Of a stretch of DNA of 64,000 nt, positions 52,404 through 62,546 are shown piece by piece. Origin of the DNA: Oligoflexales bacterium. Its GTDB lineage: Bacteria > Bdellovibrionota_B > Oligoflexia > Oligoflexales > Bog-1112. The translations under genes were made by a program, and so were the position numbers. The notes below the pieces were generated by a model. That model had not been told where the DNA came from. It did not search any database and saw only the letters and a list, made by a program, of their open reading frames with translations. The stretch lies in assembly GCA_045106415.1 (NCBI GenBank), contig JBGCEP010000027.1, forward strand, positions 64,001-128,000, given 5' to 3'. Every line of letters begins with the position of its first letter. The first letter of the stretch is position 1.

Positions 52404-53732
52404 AGAAACAGGCACGGATTCAAAACCCAATTCACGCCTCAAACCGCGCCACATGTAACGCTGGTAAGACTCACTTAACGCATTTGGAAAGTTACACTTC
52501 ACAACAAAAGTTGGTGGGCTACACCGTACTTGAGTCGCGTAATAAAACTTCATTCGAGCGTGCTTTTGCCTTACCAAGTGAGGGGAGTGCTTCTTTAGAA
52601 GCATCTGCAACGCTTCATTCACACGACTCGTTGGAGCTCTTTTTGCACTTTCTTCCAAGAGGTGAACAACCTGATCCATAATTTTTGGAACACGAAGATT
52701 TTCTTTCGCAGAAACAAACAGCACAGGAAGGTAGTTCAAATCTTTAAACTTACATCGCAAGTTTTCTGTATATTGCTTTGCAGTTGAATGATCTTTCTCA
52801 ATCAAATCCCACTTATTTACCACAACAAGCACTGGCTTAAACTGATGAATAGCCATATTCACAAGCCGCACATCCTGATCAGCCATTCCATCAACAGCAT
52901 CAATCACTGTCACCACGCAATCGGCTCGCTGGATACCACGCAGACTTCGAATCACACTTGCCGACTCAAGCTCATCGTGGATCTTTGTACGTCGACGCAC
53001 ACCAGCCGTATCAACAATGACATATGGTTTTTTATGAAAGAACAAAGTCGAGTCCACTTGATCACGCGTGGTCCCTGCAACAGGGCTCACAACCGAACGC
53101 TCCGTACCAAGCAAGCGATTCAAAATCGACGATTTTCCAACATTAGGCTTCCCTAACAAGGCAATCCGAGGCGCATCAGGGTGGTCGGCCTGGACTTTTA
53201 AAGACGAGATATTTTCTAAACGATCTTGAACCATATAGCGAAGCGTACCAATCCCTCGACTATGCTTTGCACACAGTGGGTGCAACTCTTCTTCCCCAAG
53301 CCCCAAGGCGTGAAATTCCCATAGAGCTCCTTGATGTTCAATACCGTCAATTTTATTGACAACACATATCATCGGGCGACCAGTTTTTTGGACCTCACGA
53401 ACAAGATCATGATCTCGCGGGTGAATACCTTCACGACCATCAAGCATCAGCACCACTAAGTCCGCATCAAGAACAGCGTTCATCGTGTGACGCCACACGA
53501 CTCCCCCCTCAAACGGTTGGAACATATCTTGAGGGCCCTCTAGACCACCTGTATCAACGATCGTAAAACCATCACGACCATCTTTTTCATAACGAGCGAC
53601 ACCGTACAGGCAGTCTCTCGTGACTCCCGGCTGATCTCGAATAATAGATTGATTCTGCCCTGTTAAACGATTAAATAACGTCGATTTTCCAACGTTGGGT
53701 CTGCCCACAAGAGCTACAATACCACGGATCAT
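52341..53732 (-). CDS. der: Ribosome biogenesis GTPase Der
   Basis: Two G-domains (GRPNVGKS/DTGG/NKID; GKPNVGKS/DTAG/NKWD) and KH-like YYATQ...PPTF. Confidence 0.97.
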   Translation of the reverse strand: MIRGIVALVGRPNVGKSTLFNRLTGQNQSIIRDQPGVTRDCLYGVARYEKDGRDGFTIVDTGGLEGPQDMFQPFEGGVVWRHTMNAVLDADLVVLMLDGREGIHPRDHDLVREVQKTGRPMICVVNKIDGIEHQGALWEFHALGLGEEELHPLCAKHSRGIGTLRYMVQDRLENISSLKVQADHPDAPRIALLGKPNVGKSSILNRLLGTERSVVSPVAGTTRDQVDSTLFFHKKPYVIVDTAGVRRRTKIHDELESASVIRSLRGIQRADCVVTVIDAVDGMADQDVRLVNMAIHQFKPVLVVVNKWDLIEKDHSTAKQYTENLRCKFKDLNYLPVLFVSAKENLRVPKIMDQVVHLLEESAKRAPTSRVNEALQMLLKKHSPHLVRQKHARMKFYYATQVRCSPPTFVVKCNFPNALSESYQRYMWRGLRRELGFESVPVSLLFRGRTSAEDQGEQAALEG

Positions 53733-54493
53733 ATCAACCTCTTACCATTTTCCAGGCTTTTCAAAGCCTTTTCAGCCGCCTGCTGAGAGGCTTCTTTTTT
53801 TGTTTTCGATACTGCTTGCGCGACTTTGACATCGCCAAGCATCACAGCCATCTCAAACTGTGGGGCGTGAGAAGGGCCGACCTGCGATAGCAGCGTGTAG
53901 GAAGGTGTCTGACCGTAGTCTTTCTGTGCCCATTCCTGCAAACAAGTTTTGCTATCACGAACTTGAATATCTTTTTGCATTTGTACATGATCTTGCCAGC
54001 GGCGATAAACACATTGAATCCAACACGAGGTTTTTTCATAACCCGCATCAAGAAACATCGCACCAATGACAGCTTCAAACATATTGGCCAGCAAAGAATC
54101 TTGCTCATCGGCTCTCTGGCGCTTTTCACCCATCCCAAGGGCTAAACACGGCCCAAGGTCTAAAAAACGGGATAAAGACGCTAGAGCTCTGCGACTTACT
54201 AAATTTGAGCGCTTAGAAGACAGTTCCCCTTCTGTCCATTCTTCTTCACCATTCCAAAGCAAAGACGAAACAGAAAGACCAAGAACACTATCTCCTAAAA
54301 ACTCTAACCGTTCATTCCAAGGAGCATCAACTTTTGTGCACTCCGTAGAAGCAGATCTATGAACAAAGGCTTCATAATAAAAACAAAACCGATCCTCTAA
54401 AACTCCTTCACGACTTAGAAAAGTTTTCACTTTTTGGTGAGCATCTGAATGACACAGCCAAAAGGTCTCCCAATCAAGCGTTTTAGATTTCAT
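53729..54493 (-). CDS. rnc: Ribonuclease III
   Basis: NERLEFLGDSVL, FEAVIGAMFLD, dsRBD DSKTCLQE...KKEASQQAA. Confidence 0.96.
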   Translation of the reverse strand: MKSKTLDWETFWLCHSDAHQKVKTFLSREGVLEDRFCFYYEAFVHRSASTECTKVDAPWNERLEFLGDSVLGLSVSSLLWNGEEEWTEGELSSKRSNLVSRRALASLSRFLDLGPCLALGMGEKRQRADEQDSLLANMFEAVIGAMFLDAGYEKTSCWIQCVYRRWQDHVQMQKDIQVRDSKTCLQEWAQKDYGQTPSYTLLSQVGPSHAPQFEMAVMLGDVKVAQAVSKTKKEASQQAAEKALKSLENGKRLI

Positions 54494-54684
54494 ATTTGTC
54501 TGACCCCAGCACTAGGCATGACACTGCTATCACAACACGAGTCAACGCACAAAAAATACGGCTTAACTATACATAAAAACAAAACACTTTCCAATATTTT
54601 TCATAATAGCCAACCTCTTGAAATCGCTACATCCTCTAGAAAATATGTTAATGTCAAAAGGCTTGTTGATTGCTGGAAGAATAA

Positions 54685-55779
54685 ATGACCACCCGAGTAA
54701 CATTACTAAAAAAGCCAAAACTTCTTTATCAAGCTTTCTTCATCACCTTTATGATAGGCCTCGTTTTAGGGGGTTGGTTTTTCTACTCCCACAAAAGCAT
54801 GACACTCAACACCCCACAAGACATTACTCTAAGCCCGGGTCAATCCGTTCGTCACTTTGCTCAGCAATTAGAATCTCAAGGAGTCATACACTCGGCATTT
54901 ACGTTTGAATTAACAGCTAGGAGCTTAGGAATAAGCGGCTCTTTTCAAGCAGGGACTTATCGTTTCACTGGTGACATTTCCTCTCTAGATATTATGCACG
55001 CTGTCCAAAAAGGCAAAACTTATAACCCTCTTACCTTAAAAATCACATTTCCAGAAGGCAGCAATCTCAAAGAGGTTTCAACCATTTTATGGCGACATCG
55101 TTTGATCTCTAAAAACTCTCTTTGGAAAGGATTTAAAGACACTCGATGGCTTCGCTCTCTTAACATTCATACTCGAACGCCTGAAGGATACATATACCCT
55201 TCAACATACATGTTTTATGGAAAAAAACCATCAGCAAAAGCCGTTATTAAACGTGCTGTCCAAGAGTTTTTCAACACTCTTCCTAAAAATTATGAAGAGC
55301 AAGTTCAAGCAAACGGTCTCTCTCTACACGATGCTATTACGTTCGCATCTCTCATTGAAAAAGAAACCGCCCTCACCAAAGAAATGCCTTTGGTTTCTGA
55401 GGTCATTTGGGCGCGATTAAAAAACAAAGAAGCTCTTGGTATTGACGCAGCTTTGATTTACGGCATCAAAAACTACAAGGGCAACATTACCTGGAAACAT
55501 CTACGTGACCGTAAAAATCCATACAACACAAGAATACACAAAGGCCTACCTCCAACACCTATTGCGTCACCGTCGATTCAAGCACTTGGTGCTGTGTTAA
55601 CTCCAAGCGCAAAAGGTTATTACTTCTACGTTCTCAAACCCAACAGTAAAGAGCATCATTTTTCAAAAACCGCAAAAGAACATCAAAAACATGTCCGCTA
55701 CCTTGTTCAAGCAAGCCGCCAACAAAAAGGGAAACAGCATGCCAAAGAAAAAAGCAAAAACAAAGACTCAAAACACTGA
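54685..55779 (+). CDS. mltG: Endolytic transglycosylase MltG
   Basis: N-terminal TM, TFPEG, EGYIYPSTY, ASLIEKET, PYNT...GLPPTPI. Confidence 0.95.
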   Translation: MTTRVTLLKKPKLLYQAFFITFMIGLVLGGWFFYSHKSMTLNTPQDITLSPGQSVRHFAQQLESQGVIHSAFTFELTARSLGISGSFQAGTYRFTGDISSLDIMHAVQKGKTYNPLTLKITFPEGSNLKEVSTILWRHRLISKNSLWKGFKDTRWLRSLNIHTRTPEGYIYPSTYMFYGKKPSAKAVIKRAVQEFFNTLPKNYEEQVQANGLSLHDAITFASLIEKETALTKEMPLVSEVIWARLKNKEALGIDAALIYGIKNYKGNITWKHLRDRKNPYNTRIHKGLPPTPIASPSIQALGAVLTPSAKGYYFYVLKPNSKEHHFSKTAKEHQKHVRYLVQASRQQKGKQHAKEKSKNKDSKH

Positions 55780-56143
55780 GTCCGGAGCAGTCCGCCGTAC
55801 AGGAGAACGTATTCCAGTACAGCTTCTCGTCGACTACCGTTCTGATGGCCACTATTTATTTGATTTTTGCAAAGATCTCGGTGAAGGCGGTGTTTTTATT
55901 CAAACTAAAAAACCAAAGCCTCAAGGCACTATCTTGAACCTCACATTCACACTTCCTGACAGCAGTGAGACACTTCAAACCTGTGGGACTGTCATATGGG
56001 CACAAGAACCCATAGAAGGCCGAGTCGACCTCACCCCAGGCATGGGTATTCAGTTTGACTCTTTTTCTACTGAGAATCGTCGAATTCTTGAAAAATTCGT
56101 TGATCGTTATAGCCAAGACGAAAAAACAGGCTCTTCAAACTAA
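55739..56143 (+). CDS. PilZ-domain protein (TIGR02266-like)
   Basis: RRTGERIP RxxxR, DLGEGGVFI, PGMGIQF. Confidence 0.85.
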   Translation: MPKKKAKTKTQNTESGAVRRTGERIPVQLLVDYRSDGHYLFDFCKDLGEGGVFIQTKKPKPQGTILNLTFTLPDSSETLQTCGTVIWAQEPIEGRVDLTPGMGIQFDSFSTENRRILEKFVDRYSQDEKTGSSN

Positions 56144-56220
56144 AAAGCCGCTGGGATTCCTCTTCAGGATTATGATACACAGCTCTTATCACTGGAGTGT
56201 TCAAACATAGGGAGAAGATC

Positions 56221-56619
56221 ATGCCTGATACTAAAATCATTTGGAAGCGCCCTGACGGTTTTCATGGGGCCAGCCCTGAAGATTACAGAACATTTGAACT
56301 TAATAACGGCACAAAACTCTGGCTGCATCGCTCTGACAAAGAAAACTACCCTTTCCGCATCGCAGGTGGTTGGCAAGATGAAGTCTCTAGCAAACGCATT
56401 AATACTCTACTGAACCTTTTAGGAGCAGAAAAATCAGATTGGAAAAACACTCTCAACTCAGATTATCAGCAATCAGGCCTGGAACATTTTTCTGAATACA
56501 TTGAGAGCACCCTCAAGTGGATTGATTCCTTGCAACAAAAACTCAAAGGGGACACTTGGGAGCAAGACATTATGGCTTCAGCTCTTACAGAGGTTTGCAA
56601 CTCCCTCAAAGAACTCTAG
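56221..56619 (+). CDS. Hypothetical protein
   Basis: ATG 56221 after GGGAG RBS. Confidence 0.6.
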   Translation: MPDTKIIWKRPDGFHGASPEDYRTFELNNGTKLWLHRSDKENYPFRIAGGWQDEVSSKRINTLLNLLGAEKSDWKNTLNSDYQQSGLEHFSEYIESTLKWIDSLQQKLKGDTWEQDIMASALTEVCNSLKEL

Positions 56620-57457
56620 CTTTTCCCTCTAAGGTCACAGTTGCATGACCCTCAAGACTTAAAGGGTCGTGATCTTTTTGCAGTTGTGATTTCAGCCAAC
56701 TCCACCTTTTATTCGCGACCTGTAAATCAAAGTCGTTCACAAGTGGGTGAGCACCTGTATATAAGAACAGTGAACAATTCCAATTATGATGTGAACAAAA
56801 ATCATGCATTTTATCTAAATTTCTGACTTCATCATCAACAAATACAAGGTGCCTTAGTGGGTATTCCATACTTTTTAACACAGCGTCAAGAGCCATTCCC
56901 TTATGCTGACCAGAGGTATAAATCACCCCTTCGTCCAGAGAGATCGCTCGAACCAGATCAGGGTGCTTCAAAATTCTTTCTTTTTGTTCTTCAAATCGAT
57001 CAGCGAACCGCATCTGATTATCCCTTAAGTGCAAATGCGTTGCATGAGAGAGCTCAAGCCCTCGTGCGGTAAGGCCTATAATATCAACATTTTTTTCTCT
57101 TAAAGCCTCAAGAAAACGAGCCGTATGAGGTTCCGCAGGTTGAAACTTCACCAAGTTATAAACAGCTAAAAGGTCCACCACTGCCATTCGAAAAGCTGTA
57201 TGCGAGTTATGACCCTCTTTCAAGTAATGTTCAATCCTTGTGTAAGACCACTGCGGCATGCCAATTTGGTGATCAGGAACCAGCAGCGTTAAATCAACAT
57301 CGAAAGCCACGAGACTTTCATCTTTTATTGCACTTTGAACATCTTGAATTTTATCTATTTTTTGGTACATCACACTTTTTTCCTGTTTCATTTCCGTGCA
57401 CGAAGCCTCGAAAAACATAAGACTAATTATTCCTAATAACACAGGCCAATTCACCAC
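56606..57457 (-). CDS. HAD-superfamily protein (DUF2608-like), exported
   Basis: FDVDLTL, GLTAR, HKG, FVDD...N. Confidence 0.75.
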   Translation of the reverse strand: MVNWPVLLGIISLMFFEASCTEMKQEKSVMYQKIDKIQDVQSAIKDESLVAFDVDLTLLVPDHQIGMPQWSYTRIEHYLKEGHNSHTAFRMAVVDLLAVYNLVKFQPAEPHTARFLEALREKNVDIIGLTARGLELSHATHLHLRDNQMRFADRFEEQKERILKHPDLVRAISLDEGVIYTSGQHKGMALDAVLKSMEYPLRHLVFVDDEVRNLDKMHDFCSHHNWNCSLFLYTGAHPLVNDFDLQVANKRWSWLKSQLQKDHDPLSLEGHATVTLEGKARVL

Positions 57458-57599
57458 AACTCCACCTACCTACCAACAACAGCCATCAACTTCTTGTGAT
57501 GGCAAGATGAATACAACGCGGCCATTCTTGAAATTTAAATATCATATCAACTACAATCATGGCACTATTATTGAAAGAGAATATGCAAAGGAAATCAAT

Positions 57600-58655
57600 G
57601 TGTCTATAGACTTCCTACAAAAAAAATGGTCTGAGGCATCCTACGGATCTCAAAGCTCTGAAAATGAATGGGTGAGATTTGCTGGAATGATCACAGCAGC
57701 CACTCTTCTGCCATGGTTATGTATTCCTTTCATCATGTCGATACAACCGAGCGCTCCAAGCTTAACGACACTTTTCTCTCTTTTTGTTTTCATTGGCGGG
57801 ACAGCACACGTTGGGGCTTCAAGTTTTTTTCTTTACACGCCTGAATTCCGAGATCACCGCACACAAAGAGCAAAAACATATTGGATTGGGCCTCTGGCGC
57901 TCACTTTTTTTCTTGCAACTGGTTTTACATGGGGGCCTGATAGCTTTCAAAAAAATGCCATCCTCATTTACTTTATTTGGCAAACATGGCATTACCAGAG
58001 ACAAAATTTCGGCCTCCTTTCCATGGCTGGAATCTCAACACAAACAGGCCCAGTCACAAAATGGGAAAGGGTTGCTCTCGACGTTGGTGTTCTTGCTGGT
58101 ATCGGTGGTTTGTTCTTCAAAATGAACATTGCTCAAGGAACACTTCTAGAGCCATTCGCACAAGGCCTTTATACGGCTGGCTCCCTACTCATCTGCGTGA
58201 ACCCTATTCTCGTTGTTTATGTCTTCATAAAAAATCCTCATTTTTTAGAAAAACCTACACGACCTTTTTTCTTTTTACTGGGCGCGTTTTTTTATCTTCC
58301 AACATTTTTATTTAAAAGCCCTGAGGCTTCTATTTTAAGCTATGCACTCGCACACGGATGGCAATACCTTGTTTTCATGACCTACGTCGCTCAAAGAAAA
58401 CCACAACATCAGCGCCAAAACATGAAACTCTTCCTTTACTGTTGTTTTGGTGGAGGAATTATACTCTCTTTGCTTGGAGATCAGAGCTTGTGGGGCTCTT
58501 GGGGACCTGGGGTATTTGGGGCTTATCTAGGGCTCATTATTTGGCACTTCATCACTGATGCTGATATTTGGCGATTACGAGAGCCATTTCAACGACAATA
58601 CATGAATGCCGCGTTTCCTTTCCTTAACCCTAAAGCCAATAAGGCCGCACCATGA
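57600..58655 (+). CDS. Polytopic membrane protein with four His motifs
   Basis: Many TM segments; AHVGAS, WHYQRQNFG, AHGWQY, WHFITD; probable GTG start at 57600 after AAGGA. Confidence 0.65.
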   Translation: MSIDFLQKKWSEASYGSQSSENEWVRFAGMITAATLLPWLCIPFIMSIQPSAPSLTTLFSLFVFIGGTAHVGASSFFLYTPEFRDHRTQRAKTYWIGPLALTFFLATGFTWGPDSFQKNAILIYFIWQTWHYQRQNFGLLSMAGISTQTGPVTKWERVALDVGVLAGIGGLFFKMNIAQGTLLEPFAQGLYTAGSLLICVNPILVVYVFIKNPHFLEKPTRPFFFLLGAFFYLPTFLFKSPEASILSYALAHGWQYLVFMTYVAQRKPQHQRQNMKLFLYCCFGGGIILSLLGDQSLWGSWGPGVFGAYLGLIIWHFITDADIWRLREPFQRQYMNAAFPFLNPKANKAAP

Positions 58656-59128
58656 TACTTCCACAAGGTCGCTTCATTTCTTTCTTCTTCGCTTTCTGCT
58701 CCCTCGCTCTTACATGGGCTCTTCAAAATAAAGCCTTACCTCTTCCATATCAACTCGATTGGAAAACACCCTCTATTCTCCTCACGTCTTTTCACCAACC
58801 TGAACCCTGGGGTGTTTGGACACAAGGACTTGAGTCTGAAATCATATTCAAAAGGCCTCTGCCTAAAAAAATTCGACTTGAAATAAAAGCAAAAGGTTTT
58901 GCTCAAAACACCAAAGAAATCACAACCATTCTCTGCGGCACAACAAAGCACCAAGTCTATTTCTCTGCACAGGGAAACACACACACTATGGACTGCCTAG
59001 ATATGGATCAAACACCTCGAATCTACATTCAACTTCTTTCTGCGAAATCTCCAGCAGAAATAAGCCCAAGCCAAGACCATCGGGTTTTAGGCATTGGAAT
59101 TGAAAAATTAAAAATTCACGCGTTATAA
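58652..59128 (+). CDS. Exported beta-sandwich protein
   Basis: Signal peptide; EPWGVWT, SPAE...DHRVLGIG; 4-bp overlap with the upstream gene. Confidence 0.65.
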   Translation: MILPQGRFISFFFAFCSLALTWALQNKALPLPYQLDWKTPSILLTSFHQPEPWGVWTQGLESEIIFKRPLPKKIRLEIKAKGFAQNTKEITTILCGTTKHQVYFSAQGNTHTMDCLDMDQTPRIYIQLLSAKSPAEISPSQDHRVLGIGIEKLKIHAL

Positions 59129-59188
59129 ACACTACGAATAACAGCTTTGCTTCTCAAGCACTCGACAGCGCTTGAAATATTCAAGCTT

Positions 59189-59614
59189 TCACTCTGGCGC
59201 ACCACATTGCAGCCACACCAAAATTCTTGCGATATCATCTTTTTCAATATCACGCCCTGGAGGCATTGCTCTTGGTGATTGGTTCAACTGCTCTAATATC
59301 TTGGCTCGATAAATCATAATTTCACGATGTGTGTCAAAATTCACAAGCACAGGAGCACCAAATCTTTCATCACCAGACCAGTATGAACTGTGACAATCTT
59401 GGCAATAATTTAAGAAAAACCCCTTCGCAAAATGCTCATAAGTGTCATTAGGAGATTGATTACAAAAAACACTAGAAGGCACTATAGAGCCTCGAACATT
59501 TGGAATTTTAACCTGATTTGAATCTTCAACCGTTCCAGGCTGCGCACCACATTTTACAAGAAAAAAACAAACAGCAATAAAAAACACTCTCACCTCAGAC
59601 TCCTTCAAAATCAA
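59189..59614 (-). CDS. Monoheme cytochrome c lipoprotein
   Basis: Lipobox-like FFLVKC; CQDCH; RFGAP..VNFD; AMPP; WLQCGAP. Confidence 0.8.
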   Translation of the reverse strand: MILKESEVRVFFIAVCFFLVKCGAQPGTVEDSNQVKIPNVRGSIVPSSVFCNQSPNDTYEHFAKGFFLNYCQDCHSSYWSGDERFGAPVLVNFDTHREIMIYRAKILEQLNQSPRAMPPGRDIEKDDIARILVWLQCGAPE

Positions 59615-60809
59615 TCAAAAAAGAAGCTGGACTCACGTTCTTCATAAGAGGATTTTGAGGCCCAATCCATCGTAAAAACAACGCCGCAAAAATATTTTTC
59701 ATTTGCAACGAAACACCATATGTTTCATCGATAGAACCTAAAAGAAAATTCAGAGGTTGTTCTAAACAGTTTTCAGTTACACCACCAAAACTCTGCCCTC
59801 CCCGCAAGCTCTCTCCCCACAGTAAACATGACGTCACCGGCCAATGTGATCGGCTTCCAAGAGAATTTAAAACTGGGTTCCGCCCCATTTCACTCTTTAC
59901 AACAACAATCATTCTTTTTAACAGATCAAGGCTATCTGCATATTGAAAAAGACTTACAAGATCTTGAAATAAACTCTCAAAATTCACAGCTTGTTGAGCA
60001 TCATGATCTGCATGAATGTCCCAACTTCTGTGGTCTTCTATAGAAGCTGCAATGGTGCGATTTTCAGAAAACATGTCACACGCAAGTTTTGCTCTTTTTA
60101 AAAACAGAGAATCTGAAGCAAGAAAATCTTGAGATTCTCGTATAAGTTTAAACTCAGCTTCTGCTTTCCGAGCTTTTTGGACAATTTTCATTTTTTCGGT
60201 CGACAAGCCATGGTTAGAATATTGGCTTAAAAGGTTTGAATAATTTTTTCTTGTATATAAATCAATCAAACTCAATTCTTGTTCAGAAAAAGCTGTGTTC
60301 TGAGAAGGTGTTTCAAATAAATCATCAGACCACAGCTGTGTATAACCAGATAAATGGCCAGGCATCATTTGTGAACCAAAAACAACGTGCGGCAATACAA
60401 AAGATGGAGCTGCGCGATACGCATAAAAAGCAGGCCAACTCACCCAGCGTTTTGAATCAGAATGAAGAACCCCATCAGAAAAGCGCCTTGCTTCTTCTTG
60501 CTGTAAACTTGGACAGTGAATTCCGTTCACAACACAAGCATTTTGCCCCCACCGCGAAAAGAACTGATCAACCGAAGGCCTCGATGAATGCTTTACATAT
60601 GGGAGAATAGAGGTATCAATTTGTTGACCAGGCTCAAGCTCTCTTAGAGGACTTTGCGTCGTTTCAAACACCATAGATGAGTCCCAACCACCCGAACAAT
60701 GAACCACCATAAGAAACGGAGGTTGTGTCGGTTGAGCAAACCCCTTTGGGATCAAAGACTGAGCACCGAGTGCTCCAATATTTTTCAAGCATTGCCTTCT
60801 TGTGATCAT
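59595..60809 (-). CDS. DUF1501-family protein with Tat signal
   Basis: MITRRQCLK, GGWD, WDIH, SEMGRNP..N...RSHW. Confidence 0.8.
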   Translation of the reverse strand: MITRRQCLKNIGALGAQSLIPKGFAQPTQPPFLMVVHCSGGWDSSMVFETTQSPLRELEPGQQIDTSILPYVKHSSRPSVDQFFSRWGQNACVVNGIHCPSLQQEEARRFSDGVLHSDSKRWVSWPAFYAYRAAPSFVLPHVVFGSQMMPGHLSGYTQLWSDDLFETPSQNTAFSEQELSLIDLYTRKNYSNLLSQYSNHGLSTEKMKIVQKARKAEAEFKLIRESQDFLASDSLFLKRAKLACDMFSENRTIAASIEDHRSWDIHADHDAQQAVNFESLFQDLVSLFQYADSLDLLKRMIVVVKSEMGRNPVLNSLGSRSHWPVTSCLLWGESLRGGQSFGGVTENCLEQPLNFLLGSIDETYGVSLQMKNIFAALFLRWIGPQNPLMKNVSPASFLIDFEGV

Positions 60810-62426
60810 TTACACTCCAATGAATTCATAGGAAAGAAACACCCCTACCAAAATACACACCCAACGTCGTCGCGATTGAACAGAAAGATCTGAAGAAAGA
60901 TCTGAAGAAAGAGCCGCAGCATTATTTCCCAAGCTCATAAGTCTATCAACCGTTTGATCCGTGGTTAGAATCTGTAGTCCTGTCATACGCTCCCATAAAG
61001 AGACGATTTGTAATCGAATCACCTCATCAGAGTCACTCGACCCGGCACCGCCTGGCAACATGACAAAAACCTTACGCGATTGAACCTGGACATGATCGGC
61101 AAGTTCTATTTCAACGATTTTTTCAGCAAGTTGAAAAACAAAAGTTTTCAAACTACGCAAATATCTTCCTGATGGAAGCTGGTACTCTCGATCTGCTCTT
61201 TCATCTAAACTGGGAGATAAACTGATCGGAGGAAGCGGTGCATGATCTACTCCAACAAGTTGTTTCGCCATATGATCCCACTGCCATCGATCTAAAAGGC
61301 GAAAGCCTTGATTATTATTTGTGTCTACATTGCCAAAAAAAGGCTCCTTCAAACTCACCGCTTGATAAACGTCATGAAACGACTGTGCATATGGTTTCAG
61401 TTCAAGAGTTTGAAATACTTTTTCCATTAATTTTTTATCTTCCGATAGGACAAGAGGACGCCCAAGAAGAGAAGCCATAACGACGCGGACACCACAACTA
61501 TTCAAACGAGGATCTTTTATAAGAGCATGATTTAGCTCCTCTCTATTTGAATATTCTTCTCCACCATAAAACCCATCTCCACTCCATTCTCCTGCCACAT
61601 CCCACCAACCTTGTGGGCTTGCAGTTTGCAGCATTCCGCCCAGCGCATCGGTCACATCTTGAGAACGTCTATGACATGAAATACATGCTTTATTTTGTTG
61701 TTGTGTCGTTTCTATATTAAAAATTTCTTCCGAACTTAATGCAGAAAAGTCATGATCTGTCGATAGCGGCAAACAAAACACACGACTTAAAACATCTCTC
61801 ATTCGTGAATATTCATCATGATGTTCAGGAAAATGCCCTAAAAATCCCGGAGATGACAAGACTCCCCAATCTGCATTATTTTGATGATAATCAACCCAAT
61901 AGTAGGATCCACTTGTATCTGCAGCACGCCCCGTCAAACCCAAAGAGTTCATAAAATCTGCATTTAAAACCGTTTGTGAACCAATAAAAGAAAACCCTGG
62001 ATGCAAATCTTTCGATAATATCGAACCCACATGATAAAGAACTCCATCTGCCATATGTGTTAAAAAAGACTCATCAACGGTAGAAGATGAGGAAGCAAGA
62101 AATTTAAAATGAGACCGACTGAGCCCCCAAGATTGTCGATATCTCTGAGCAAGTCGAAAAGAAAATCTTTGATCATGAATCAGCTGCTCAAAAATAGACT
62201 CCACAGAAACATCCCCTGATTTCACCCACTCAATAACCTCAATTCCTGGGAGCTCTCCAAGCGTATCTAAATACACTTGCCTCAAGCGCCTTAAACTGTC
62301 ATCTTGAGGGCTCACCACTTCTACCGCTGGTGTTTCAGGGCCTGCCCCAGGAGAAGATCCTCCTGAACCTTCAGACTGGGTCTGAGAGCATCCAAAAACA
62401 AAAATTAAGATCATAACAAAAATCAT
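60810..62426 (-). CDS. DUF1585/DUF1588-like heme lipoprotein (DUF1501 partner)
   Basis: FVFGC lipobox, RRLRQVYLDTLGELP, GVLSSPGFL, CISCH. Confidence 0.65.
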   Translation of the reverse strand: MIFVMILIFVFGCSQTQSEGSGGSSPGAGPETPAVEVVSPQDDSLRRLRQVYLDTLGELPGIEVIEWVKSGDVSVESIFEQLIHDQRFSFRLAQRYRQSWGLSRSHFKFLASSSSTVDESFLTHMADGVLYHVGSILSKDLHPGFSFIGSQTVLNADFMNSLGLTGRAADTSGSYYWVDYHQNNADWGVLSSPGFLGHFPEHHDEYSRMRDVLSRVFCLPLSTDHDFSALSSEEIFNIETTQQQNKACISCHRRSQDVTDALGGMLQTASPQGWWDVAGEWSGDGFYGGEEYSNREELNHALIKDPRLNSCGVRVVMASLLGRPLVLSEDKKLMEKVFQTLELKPYAQSFHDVYQAVSLKEPFFGNVDTNNNQGFRLLDRWQWDHMAKQLVGVDHAPLPPISLSPSLDERADREYQLPSGRYLRSLKTFVFQLAEKIVEIELADHVQVQSRKVFVMLPGGAGSSDSDEVIRLQIVSLWERMTGLQILTTDQTVDRLMSLGNNAAALSSDLSSDLSVQSRRRWVCILVGVFLSYEFIGV

Positions 62427-62546
62427 ACGGTTGACTCCTATCAGACCTATCGACCACTTATAAAGGATGTCAGACAGGCAAAAACTCCCTATGACTCGAA
62501 GAGCTCTGCCGTGTTATGGTAGCGCTGCGAAATGAAAGGATACAAT

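Noticed and set aside
60882..60911. 12-bp duplication (SSDL-SSDL); similarly the EDTPPA duplication at the ClpX C-terminus
   Set aside because: Small in-frame slippage in linkers with no wider pattern
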